A stretch of 64,000 nucleotides of DNA. Source: Eledone cirrhosa (taxonomy: Eukaryota). The notes beneath the pieces are model-generated. The model had not been told where the DNA came from. It saw only the letters and a list, made by a program, of their open reading frames with translations, and did no database searches. Positions 1-13,699 of this stretch are shown piece by piece (the stretch's first letter is position 1; every line of letters starts with the position of its first letter). Position numbers and translations under genes: made by a program. Location: contig OZ024744.1 of NCBI GenBank assembly GCA_964016885.1, forward strand, positions 116,684,001 to 116,748,000. The letters run 5' to 3'.

Positions 1-3000
1 TGAGATAATGACCAATGTGAGATAATGAAAATGTGAGATAATGACAATGTGAGATAATGACAATGTGAGATAATGACCAATGTGAGATAATGACCAATGT
101 GAGATAATGACAATGTGAGATAATGACCAATGTGAGATAATGACCAATGGGAGATAATGACAATGTGAGATAATGACCAATGTGAGATAATGACCAATGG
201 GAGATAATGACAATGTGAGATAATGACCAATGTGAGATAATGACCAATGGGAGATAATGACAATGTGAGATAATGACCAATGTGAGATAATGACAATGTG
301 AGATAATGACCAATATGAGATAATGACCAATGGGAGATAATGACAATGTTAGATAATGACCAATGTGAGATAATGACAATGTGAGATAATGACAATGTGA
401 GATAATGACAAAGTGAGATAATGACAATGTGAGATAATGACAATGTGAGATAATGACAATGTGAGATAATGACAATGTGAGATAATGACCAACGTGAGAT
501 AATGACAATGTGAGATAATGACAATGTGAGATAATGACAATGTGAGATAATGACCAATGTGAGATAATGACCAATGTGAGATCATGAGCAATGTGAGATA
601 ATGACAATGTGAGATAATGACAATGTGAGATAATGACCAATGTGAGATAATGACAATGTGAGATAATGACAATGTGAGATAATGACAATGTGAGATAATG
701 ACAATGTGAGATAATGACAATGTGAGATAATGAAAATGTGAGATAATGACCAATGTGAGATAATGACCAATGTGAGATAATGACCAATGTGAGATAATGA
801 CAATGTGAGATAATGACAATGTGAGATAATGAAAATGTGAGATAATGACCAATGTGAGATAATGACCAATGTGAGATAATGACAATTTGAGATAATGACA
901 ATATGAGATAATGACCAATGTAAGATAATGACCAATGTGAGATAATGACAATGTGAGATAATGACAATGTGAGATAATGACCAATGTGAGATAATGACAA
1001 TGTGAGATAATGACCAATGTGAGATAATGACAATGTGAGATAATGACAATGTGAGATAATGACCAATGTGATATAATGACAATGTGAGATAATGACAATG
1101 TGAGATAATGACCAATGTAAGATAATGACCAATGTGAGATAATGACGATGTGAGATAATGACAATGTGAGATAATGACAATGTGAGATAATGACCAATGT
1201 AAGATAATGACAATGTGACATAATGACCAATGTTAGATAATGACCAATGTGAGATAATGACAATGTGAGATAATGACCAATGTAAGATAATGACCAACGT
1301 GAGATTATGACAATGTGAGATAATGACAATGTGAGATAATGACAATGTGAGATAATGACAATGTGATATAATGACAATGTGACATAATGACCAATGTGAG
1401 ATAATGACAATGTGAGATAATGACCAATGTGAGATAATGACCAATGTGAGATAATGACAATGTGAGATAATGACCAATGTGAGATAATGACAATGTGAGT
1501 TAATGACAATGTGACATAATGACAATGTGAGATCATGACAATGTGAGATAATGACAACGTGAGATAATGACCAATGTGAGATAACGACCAATGGGAGATA
1601 ATGACAACGTGAGATAATGACAATGTGAGATAATGACAATGTGAGATAATGATAATGTGACATACTGACAATGTGAGATCATGACAATGTGAGATAATGA
1701 CAATGTGAGATAATGACCAATGTGAGATAATGACAATGTGAGATAATGACAATGTGAGATAATGACCAATGTGAGATAATGACAATGTGAGATAATGACC
1801 AATGTGAGATAATGACCAATGTGAGATAATGACAATGTGAGATAATGACCAATGTGAGATCATGACAATGTGAGATAATGACAATGTGAGATAATGACCA
1901 ATGTGAGATAATGACAATGTGAGATAATGGCAATGTGAGATAATGACCAATGTGAGATAATGACAATATGAGATAATGACCAATGTGAGATAATGACAAT
2001 GTGTGATAATGACCAATGTGAGATAACGACCAATGGGAGATAATGACAATGTGAGATAATGACAATGTGAGATAATGACAATGTGAGATAATGACCAATA
2101 TGAGATAATGACAATGTGAGATAATGACCAATGTGAGATAACGACCAATGTGAGATAATGACCAATGTGAGATAATGACAATGTGAGATAATGACCAATG
2201 TGAGATAATGACAATGTGAGATAGTGACAATGTGAGATAATGACCAATGTGAGATAATGACCAATGTGAGATAATGACCAATGTGAGATAATGAACAATG
2301 TGAGATAATGACCAATGTGAGATAATGACAATATGAGATAATGACCAATGTGAGATAATGACCAATGTGAGATAATGACCAACGTGAGATAATGACAATG
2401 TGAGATAATGACCAATGTGAGATAATGACCAATGTGAGATAATGACCAACGTGAGATTATTACCAATGTGAGATAATGACAATGGGAGATAATGACAATG
2501 TGAGATAATGACCAACGTGAGATAATGACAATGTGAGATAATGACCAATGTGAGGTAATGACAATGTGAGATAATGACCAATGTGAGATAATGACAATGT
2601 GAGATAATGACCAATGTGAGATAATGACAATGTGAGATAATGACCAATGTGAGGTAATGACGATGTGAGATAATGAGCAATGTGAGATAATGACAATGTG
2701 AGATAATGACAATGTGAGATAATGACAATGTGAGATAATGACAATGTGAGATAATGACCAATGTGAGATAATGACAATGTGAGATAACGACAATGTGAGA
2801 TAACGACCAATGTGAGATAATGACAATGTGAGATAATGACAATGTGAGATAATGACAATGTGAGATAATGACCAATGTGAGATAATGACAATGTGAGATA
2901 ATGACAATGTGAGATAATGACAATGTGAGATAATGACAATGTGAGATAATGACCAATGTGAGATAATGACAATGTGAGATAATGACAATGTGAGATAATG

Positions 3001-4713
3001 ACCAATATGAGATAATGACAATGTGAGATAATGACAACGTGAGATAATGACAATGTGAGATAATGACCAATGTGAGATAATGACAATGTGAGATAATGAC
3101 CAATGTGAGATAATGACCAATGTGAGATAATGACAATGTGAGATAATGACCAATGTGAGATAATGACAACGTGAGATAATGACAATGTGAGATAATGACA
3201 ATATGAGATAATGACAATGTGAGATAATGACCAATGTGAGATAATGACAAAGTGAGATAATGACAATGTGAGATAATGACAATGTGAGATAATGACAATG
3301 TGAGATAATGAAAATGTGAGATAATGACAATGTGAGATAATGACAATGTGAGATAATGACCAATGTGAGATAATGACAAAGTGAGATAATGACAAGGTGA
3401 GATAATGACCAATGTGAGATAATGACAATGTGAGATAATGACAATGTGAGATAATGACAATGTGAGATAATGACAATGTGAGATAATGACCAATGTGAGA
3501 TAATGACAATGTGAGATAATGACAATGTGAGATTATGACCAATGTGAGATAATGACCATTGTGAGATAATGAGAACATGTGATAATGATCACGTGAGATA
3601 ATGACAATGGGAGATAATGACCAATGTGAGATAATGACCAATGTGAGATAATGACAATGTGAGATAATGACAATGTGAGATAATGACCAATGTGAGATAA
3701 TGACAATGTGAGATAATGACCAATGTGAGATAATGACAAAGTGAGATAATGACAATGTGAGATAATGACAATGTGAGATAATGACAATGTGAGATAATGA
3801 AAATGTGAGATAATGACAATGTGAGATAATGACAATGTGAGATAATGACCAATGTGAGATAATGACAAAGTGAGATAATGACAAGGTGAGATAATGACCA
3901 ATGTGAGATAATGACAATGTGAGATAATGACAATGTGAGATAATGACCAACGTGAGATAATGACAATGGGAGATAATGACAATGTGAGATAATGACCAAT
4001 GTGAGATAATGACAATGTGAGATAATGACCAATGTGAGGTAATGACAATGTGAGATAATGACCAATGTGAGATAATGACAACGTGAGATAATGACAATGT
4101 GAGATAATGACCAATGTGAGATAATGACCAATGTGAGATAATGACAATGTGAGATAATGACAATGTGAGATAATGACCAATGTGAGATAATGACAATGTG
4201 AGATAATGACCAATGTGAGGTAATGACAATGTGAGATAATGAGCAATGTGAGATAATGACAATGTGAGATAATGACAATGTGAGATAATGACAATGTGAG
4301 ATAATGACCAATGTGAGATAATGAAAATGTGAGATAATGACAATGTGAGATAATGACCAATGTGAGATAATGACCAATGTGAGATAATGACCAATGTGAG
4401 ATAATGACAATGTGAGATAATGACCAATGTGAGATAATGACAATGTGAGATAATGACCAATGTGAGGTAATGACAATGTGAGATAATGAGTAATGTGAGA
4501 TAATGACAATGTGAGATAATGACAATGTGAGATAATGACAATGTGAGATAATGACCAATGTGAGATAATGACAAGTGAGATAATGACAATGTGAGATAAT
4601 GACAATGTGAGATAATGACAATGTGAGATAATGACAATGTGACATAATGACCAATGTGAGATAATGACAAAGTGAGATAATGACAATGTGAGATAATGAC
4701 AAAGGGAGATAAT

Positions 4714-4796
4714 TGTTTCTACTTTTGGCACAAGGCCAGCAATTATCCCAGTGTATTACTGGTACTTTATTTTATCGACCCCGTAAGGATGAAAGG
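4714..4796 (-). mobile_element. 83-bp non-satellite insert, copy 1; probable truncated SINE fragment (octopus-type tRNA-SINE 3' part) in reverse orientation
   Basis: Sequence TGTTTCTACTTTTGGCACAAGGCCAGCAATTATCCCAGTGTATTACTGGTACTTTATTTTATCGACCCCGTAAGGATGAAAGG, flanked by CAAAGGGAGATAAT (4700-4713) and CAAAGTGAGATAAT (4797-4810). The reverse complement contains GCCTTTCATCCTTACGGGGTCGATAAAATAAAGTACCAGT...GCCTTGTGCCAAAAGTAGAAA, which I recall as the central and 3' parts of a common octopus SINE. The insert itself is certain; the family identity is recall, not a search. Confidence 0.7.
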
Positions 4797-7700
4797 CAAA
4801 GTGAGATAATGACCAATGTGAGATAATGACCAATGTGAGATAATGAAAATGTGAGATAATGACAATGTGAGATAATGACAATGTGAGATAATGACCAATG
4901 TGAGATAATGACCAATGTGAGATAATGACAATGTGAGATAATGACCAATGTGAGATAATGACCAATGGGAGATAATGACAATGTGAGATAATGACCAATG
5001 TGAGATAATGACCAATGGGAGATAATGACAATGTGAGATAATGACCAATGTGAGATAATGACCAATGGGAGATAATGACAATGTGAGATAATGACCAATG
5101 TGAGATAATGACAATGTGAGATAATGACCAATATGAGATAATGACCAATGGGAGATAATGACAATGTTAGATAATGACCAATGTGAGATAATGACAATGT
5201 GAGATAATGACAATGTGAGATAATGACAAAGTGAGATAATGACAATGTGAGATAATGACAATGTGAGATAATGACAATGTGAGATAATGACAATGTGAGA
5301 TAATGACCAACGTGAGATAATGACAATGTGAGATAATGACAATGTGAGATAATGACAATGTGAGATAATGACAATGTGAGATAATGACAATGTGAGATAA
5401 TGACAATGTGAGATAATGACAATGTGAGATAATGACCAATGTGAGATAATGACCAATGTGAGATAATGACCAATGTGAGATCATGAGCAATGTGAGATAA
5501 TGACAATGTGAGATAATGACAATGTGAGATAATGACCAATGTGAGATAATGACAATGTGAGATAATGACAATGTGAGATAATGACAATGTGAGATAATGA
5601 CAATGTGAGATAATGACAATGTGAGATAATGAAAATGTGAGATAATGACCAATGTGAGATAATGACCAATGTGAGATAATGACCAATGTGAGATAATGAC
5701 AATGTGAGATAATGACAATGTGACATAATGACAATGTGAGATAATGACAATGTGAGATAATGACAATGTGAGATAATGAAAATGTGAGATAATGACCAAT
5801 GTGAGATAATGACCAATGTGAGATAATGACAATTTGAGATAATGACAATATGAGATAATGACCAATGTAAGATAATGACCAATGTGAGATAATGACAATG
5901 TGAGATAATGACAATGTGAGATAATGACCAATGTGAGATAATGACAATGTGAGATAATGACCAATGTGAGATAATGACAATGTGAGATAATGACAATGTG
6001 AGATAATGACCAATGTGATATAATGACAATGTGAGATAATGACAATGTGAGATAATGACCAATGTAAGATAATGACCAATGTGAGATAATGACGATGTGA
6101 GATAATGACAATGTGAGATAATGACAATGTGAGATAATGACCAATGTAAGATAATGACAATGTGAGATAATGACCAATGTTAGATAATGACCAATGTGAG
6201 ATAATGACCAATGTGAGATAATGACCAACGTGAGATTATTACCAATGTGAGATAATGACAATGGGAGATAATGACAATGTGAGATAATGACCAACGTGAG
6301 ATAATGACAATGTGAGATAATGACCAATGTGAGGTAATGACAATGTGAGATAATGACCAATGTGAGATAATGACCAATGTGAGATAATGACCAACGTGAG
6401 ATTATTACCAATGTGAGATAATGACAATGGGAGATAATGACAATGTGAGATAATGACCAACGTGAGATAATGACAATGTGAGATAATGACCAATGTGAGG
6501 TAATGACAATGTGAGATAATGACCAATGTGAGATAATGACAATGTGAGATAATGACCAATGTGAGATAATGACAATGTGAGATAATGACCAATGTGAGGT
6601 AATGACGATGTGAGATAATGAGCAATGTGAGATAATGACAATGTGAGATAATGACAATGTGAGATAATGACAATGTGAGATAATGACAATGTGAGATAAT
6701 GACCAATGTGAGATAATGACAATGTGAGATAACGACAATGTGAGATAACGACCAATGTGAGATAATGACAATGTGAGATAATGACAATGTGAGATAATGA
6801 CAATGTGAGATAATGACCAATGTGAGATAATGACAATGTGAGATAATGACAATGTGAGATAATGACAATGTGAGATAATGACAATGTGAGATAATGACCA
6901 ATGTGAGATAATGACAATGTGAGATAATGACAATGTGAGATAATGACCAATATGAGATAATGACAATGTGAGATAATGACAACGTGAGATAATGACAATG
7001 TGAGATAATGACCAATGTGAGATAATGACAATGTGAGATAATGACCAATGTGAGATAATGACCAATGTGAGATAATGACAATGTGAGATAATGACCAATG
7101 TGAGATAATGACAACGTGAGATAATGACAATGTGAGATAATGACAATATGAGATAATGACAATGTGAGATAATGACCAATGTGAGATAATGACAAAGTGA
7201 GATAATGACAATGTGAGATAATGACAATGTGAGATAATGACAATGTGAGATAATGAAAATGTGAGATAATGACAATGTGAGATAATGACAATGTGAGATA
7301 ATGACCAATGTGAGATAATGACAAAGTGAGATAATGACAAGGTGAGATAATGACCAATGTGAGATAATGACAATGTGAGATAATGACAATGTGAGATAAT
7401 GACAATGTGAGATAATGACAATGTGAGATAATGACCAATGTGAGATAATGACAATGTGAGATAATGACAATGTGAGATTATGACCAATGTGAGATAATGA
7501 CCATTGTGAGATAATGAGAACATGTGATAATGATCACGTGAGATAATGACAATGGGAGATAATGACCAATGTGAGATAATGACCAATGTGAGATAATGAC
7601 AATGTGAGATAATGACAATGTGAGATAATGACCAATGTGAGATAATGACAATGTGAGATAATGACCAATGTGAGATAATGACAAAGTGAGATAATGACAA

Positions 7701-8658
7701 TGTGAGATAATGACAATGTGAGATAATGACAATGTGAGATAATGAAAATGTGAGATAATGACAATGTGAGATAATGACAATGTGAGATAATGACCAATGT
7801 GAGATAATGACAAAGTGAGATAATGACAAGGTGAGATAATGACCAATGTGAGATAATGACAATGTGAGATAATGACAATGTGAGATAATGACCAACGTGA
7901 GATAATGACAATGGGAGATAATGACAATGTGAGATAATGACCAATGTGAGATAATGACAATGTGAGATAATGACCAATGTGAGGTAATGACAATGTGAGA
8001 TAATGACCAATGTGAGATAATGACAACGTGAGATAATGACAATGTGAGATAATGACCAATGTGAGATAATGACCAATGTGAGATAATGACAATGTGAGAT
8101 AATGACAATGTGAGATAATGACCAATGTGAGATAATGACAATGTGAGATAATGACCAATGTGAGGTAATGACAATGTGAGATAATGAGCAATGTGAGATA
8201 ATGACAATGTGAGATAATGACAATGTGAGATAATGACAATGTGAGATAATGACCAATGTGAGATAATGAAAATGTGAGATAATGACAATGTGAGATAATG
8301 ACCAATGTGAGATAATGACCAATGTGAGATAATGACCAATGTGAGATAATGACAATGTGAGATAATGACCAATGTGAGATAATGACAATGTGAGATAATG
8401 ACCAATGTGAGGTAATGACAATGTGAGATAATGAGTAATGTGAGATAATGACAATGTGAGATAATGACAATGTGAGATAATGACAATGTGAGATAATGAC
8501 CAATGTGAGATAATGACAAGTGAGATAATGACAATGTGAGATAATGACAATGTGAGATAATGACAATGTGAGATAATGACAATGTGAGATAATGACCAAT
8601 GTGAGATAATGACAAAGTGAGATAATGACAATGTGAGATAATGACAAAGGGAGATAAT

Positions 8659-8741
8659 TGTTTCTACTTTTGGCACAAGGCCAGCAATTATCCCAGTGTA
8701 TTACTGGTACTTTATTTTATCGACCCCGTAAGGATGAAAGG
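8659..8741 (-). mobile_element. 83-bp insert, copy 2 (identical to copy 1); probable truncated SINE fragment
   Basis: Base-for-base identical to 4714-4796 with the same flanks; offset 3945 bp. Confidence 0.7.
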
Positions 8742-11079
8742 CAAAGTGAGATAATGACCAATGTGAGATAATGACCAATGTGAGATAATGAAAATGTGAG
8801 ATAATGACAATGTGAGATAATGACAATGTGAGATAATGACCAATGTGAGATAATGACCAATGTGAGATAATGACAATGTGAGATAATGACCAATGTGAGA
8901 TAATGACCAATGGGAGATAATGACAATGTGAGATAATGACCAATGTGAGATAATGACCAATGGGAGATAATGACAATGTGAGATAATGACCAATGTGAGA
9001 TAATGACCAATGGGAGATAATGACAATGTGAGATAATGACCAATGTGAGATAATGACAATGTGAGATAATGACCAATATGAGATAATGACCAATGGGAGA
9101 TAATGACAATGTTAGATAATGACCAATGTGAGATAATGACAATGTGAGATAATGACAATGTGAGATAATGACAAAGTGAGATAATGACAATGTGAGATAA
9201 TGACAATGTGAGATAATGACAATGTGAGATAATGACAATGTGAGATAATGACAATGTGAGATAATGACAATGTGAGATAATGACAATGTGAGATAATGAC
9301 CAATGTGAGATAATGACCAATGTGAGATAATGACAATGTGAGATAATGACCAATATGAGATAATGACCAATGGGAGATAATGACAATGTTAGATAATGAC
9401 CAATGTGAGATAATGACAATGTGAGATAATGACAATGTGAGATAATGACAATGTGAGATAATGACCAATGTGAGATAATGACAATGTGAGATAATGACAA
9501 TGTGAGATAATGACAATGTGAGATAATGACAATGTGAGATAATGACAATGTGAGATAATGAAAATGTGAGATAATGACCAATGTGAGATAATGACCAATG
9601 TGAGATAATGACCAATGTGAGATAATGACAATGTGAGATAATGACAATGTGACATAATGACAATGTGAGATAATGACAATGTGAGATAATGACAATGTGA
9701 GATAATGAAAATGTGAGATAATGACCAATGTGAGATAATGACCAATGTGAGATAATGACAATTTGAGATAATGACAATATGAGATAATGACCAATGTAAG
9801 ATAATGACCAATGTGAGATAATGACAATGTGAGATAATGACAATGTGAGATAATGACCAATGTGAGATAATGACAATGTGAGATAATGACCAATGTGAGA
9901 TAATGACAATGTGAGATAATGACAATGTGAGATAATGACCAATGTGATATAATGACAATGTGAGATAATGACAATGTGAGATAATGACCAATGTAAGATA
10001 ATGACCAATGTGAGATAATGACGATGTGAGATAATGACAATGTGAGATAATGACAATGTGAGATAATGACCAATGTAAGATAATGACAATGTGAGATAAT
10101 GACCAATGTTAGATAATGACCAATGTGAGATAATGACAATGTGAGATAATGACCAATGTAAGATAATGACCAACGTGAGATTATGACAATGTGAGATAAT
10201 GACAATGTGAGATAATGACAATGTGAGATAATGACAATGTGATATAATGACAATGTGACATAATGACCAATGTGAGATAATGACAATGTGAGATAATGAC
10301 CAATGTGAGATAATGACCAATGTGAGATAATGACAATGTGAGATAATGACCAATGTGAGATAATGACAATGTGAGATAATGACAATGTGACATAATGACA
10401 ATGTGAGATCATGACAATGTGAGATAATGACAACGTGAGATAATGACCAATGTGAGATAACGACCAATGGGAGATAATGACAACGTGAGATAATGACAAT
10501 GTGAGATAATGACAATGTGAGATAATGACAATGTGACATACTGACAATGTGAGATCATGACAATGTGAGATAATGACAATGTGAGATAATGACCAATGTG
10601 AGATAATGACAATGTGAGATAATGACAATGTGAGATAATGACCAATGTGAGATAATGACAATGTGAGATAATGACCAATGTGAGATAATGACCAATGTGA
10701 GATAATGACAATGTGAGATAATGACCAATGTGAGATCATGACAATGTGAGATAATGACAATGTGAGATAATGACAATGTGAGATAATGACCAATGTGAGA
10801 TAATGACAATGTGAGATAATGACCAATGTGAGGTAATGACAATGTGAGATAATGAGTAATGTGAGATAATGACAATGTGAGATAATGACAATGTGAGATA
10901 ATGACAATGTGAGATAATGACCAATGTGAGATAATGACAAGTGAGATAATGACAATGTGAGATAATGACAATGTGAGATAATGACAATGTGAGATAATGA
11001 CAATGTGAGATAATGACCAATGTGAGATAATGACAAAGTGAGATAATGACAATGTGAGATAATGACAAAGGGAGATAAT

Positions 11080-11162
11080 TGTTTCTACTTTTGGCACAAG
11101 GCCAGCAATTATCCCAGTGTATTACTGGTACTTTATTTTATCGACCCCGTAAGGATGAAAGG
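11080..11162 (-). mobile_element. 83-bp insert, copy 3 (identical to copy 1); probable truncated SINE fragment
   Basis: Base-for-base identical to 4714-4796 with the same flanks; offset 2421 bp from copy 2. Confidence 0.7.
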
Positions 11163-13699
11163 CAAAGTGAGATAATGACCAATGTGAGATAATGACCAAT
11201 GTGAGATAATGAAAATGTGAGATAATGACAATGTGAGATAATGACAATGTGAGATAATGACCAATGTGAGATAATGACCAATGTGAGATAATGACAATGT
11301 GAGATAATGACCAATGTGAGATAATGACCAATGGGAGATAATGACAATGTGAGATAATGACCAATGTGAGATAATGACCAATGGGAGATAATGACAATGT
11401 GAGATAATGACCAATGTGAGATAATGACCAATGGGAGATAATGACAATGTGAGATAATGACCAATGTGAGATAATGACAATGTGAGATAATGACCAATAT
11501 GAGATAATGACCAATGGGAGATAATGACAATGTTAGATAATGACCAATGTGAGATAATGACAATGTGAGATAATGACAATGTGAGATAATGACAAAGTGA
11601 GATAATGACAATGTGAGATAATGACAATGTGAGATAATGACAATGTGAGATAATGACAATGTGAGATAATGACAATGTGAGATAATGACAATGTGAGATA
11701 ATGACAATGTGAGATAATGACCAATGTGAGATAATGACCAATGTGAGATAATGACCAATGTGAGATCATGAGCAATGTGAGATAATGACAATGTGAGATA
11801 ATGACAATGTGAGATAATGACCAATGTGAGATAATGACAATGTGAGATAATGACAATGTGAGATAATGACAATGTGAGATAATGACAATGTGAGATAATG
11901 ACAATGTGAGATAATGAAAATGTGAGATAATGACCAATGTGAGATAATGACCAATGTGAGATAATGACCAATGTGAGATAATGACAATGTGAGATAATGA
12001 CAATGTGACATAATGACAATGTGAGATAATGACAATGTGAGATAATGACAATGTGAGATAATGAAAATGTGAGATAATGACCAATGTGAGATAATGACCA
12101 ATGTGAGATAATGACAATTTGAGATAATGACAATATGAGATAATGACCAATGTAAGATAATGACCAATGTGAGATAATGACAATGTGAGATAATGACAAT
12201 GTGAGATAATGACCAATGTGAGATAATGACAATGTGAGATAATGACCAATGTGAGATAATGACAATGTGAGATAATGACAATGTGAGATAATGACCAATG
12301 TGATATAATGACAATGTGAGATAATGACAATGTGAGATAATGACCAATGTAAGATAATGACCAATGTGAGATAATGACGATGTGAGATAATGACAATGTG
12401 AGATAATGACAATGTGAGATAATGACCAATGTAAGATAATGACAATGTGAGATAATGACCAATGTTAGATAATGACCAATGTGAGATAATGACAATGTGA
12501 GATAATGACCAATGTAAGATAATGACCAACGTGAGATTATGACAATGTGAGATAATGACAATGTGAGATAATGACAATGTGAGATAATGACAACGTGATA
12601 TAATGACAATGTGACATAATGACCAATGTGAGATAATGACAATGTGAGATAATGACCAATGTGAGATAATGACCAATGTGAGATAATGACAATGTGAGAT
12701 AATGACCAATGTGAGATAATGACAATGTGAGATAATGACAATGTGACATAATGACAATGTGAGATCATGACAATGTGAGATAATGACAACGTGAGATAAT
12801 GACCAATGTGAGATAACGACCAATGGGAGATAATGACAACGTGAGATAATGACAATGTGAGATAATGACAATGTGAGATAATGACAATGTGACATACTGA
12901 CAATGTGAGATCATGACAATGTGAGATAATGACAATGTGAGATAATGACCAATGTGAGATAATGACAATGTGAGATAATGACAATGTGAGATAATGACCA
13001 ATGTGAGATAATGACAATGTGAGATAATGACCAATGTGAGATAATGACCAATGTGAGATAATGACAATGTGAGATAATGACCAATGTGAGATCATGACAA
13101 TGTGAGATAATGACAATGTGAGATAATGACCAATGTGAGATAATGACAATGTGAGATAATGGCAATGTGAGATAATGACCAATGTGAGATAATGACAATA
13201 TGAGATAATGACCAATGTGAGATAATGACAATGTGTGATAATGACCAATGTGAGATAACGACCAATGGGAGATAATGACAATGTGAGATAATGACAATGT
13301 GAGATAATGACAATGTGAGATAATGACCAATATGAGATAATGACAATGTGAGATAATGACCAATGTGAGATAACGACCAATGTGAGATAATGACCAATGT
13401 GAGATAATGACAATGTGAGATAATGACCAATGTGAGATAATGACAATGTGAGATAGTGACAATGTGAGTTAATGACCAATGTGAGATAATGACCAATGTG
13501 AGATAATGACCAATGTGAGATAATGAACAATGTGAGATAATGACCAATGTGAGATAATGACAATGTGAGATAATGACCAATGTGAGATAATGACCAATGT
13601 GAGATAATGACCAACGTGAGATAATGACAATGTGAGATAATGACCAATGTGAGATAATGACCAATGTGAGATAATGACCAACGTGAGATTATTACCAAT

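Noticed and set aside
4714-4802. Insert as a coding exon (peptides MPKVETII, FAFHPYGVDKIKYQ, LPFILTGSIK) or a tRNA/ncRNA gene
   Set aside because: These are short read-throughs from satellite ORFs that stop within the insert. There is no cloverleaf or A/B box, and the insert is better explained as a repeat fragment.
4700-11176. CRISPR-like repeat/spacer organisation
   Set aside because: Monomers are directly adjacent with no unique spacers, the three inserts are identical and kilobases apart, and no cas genes are present.
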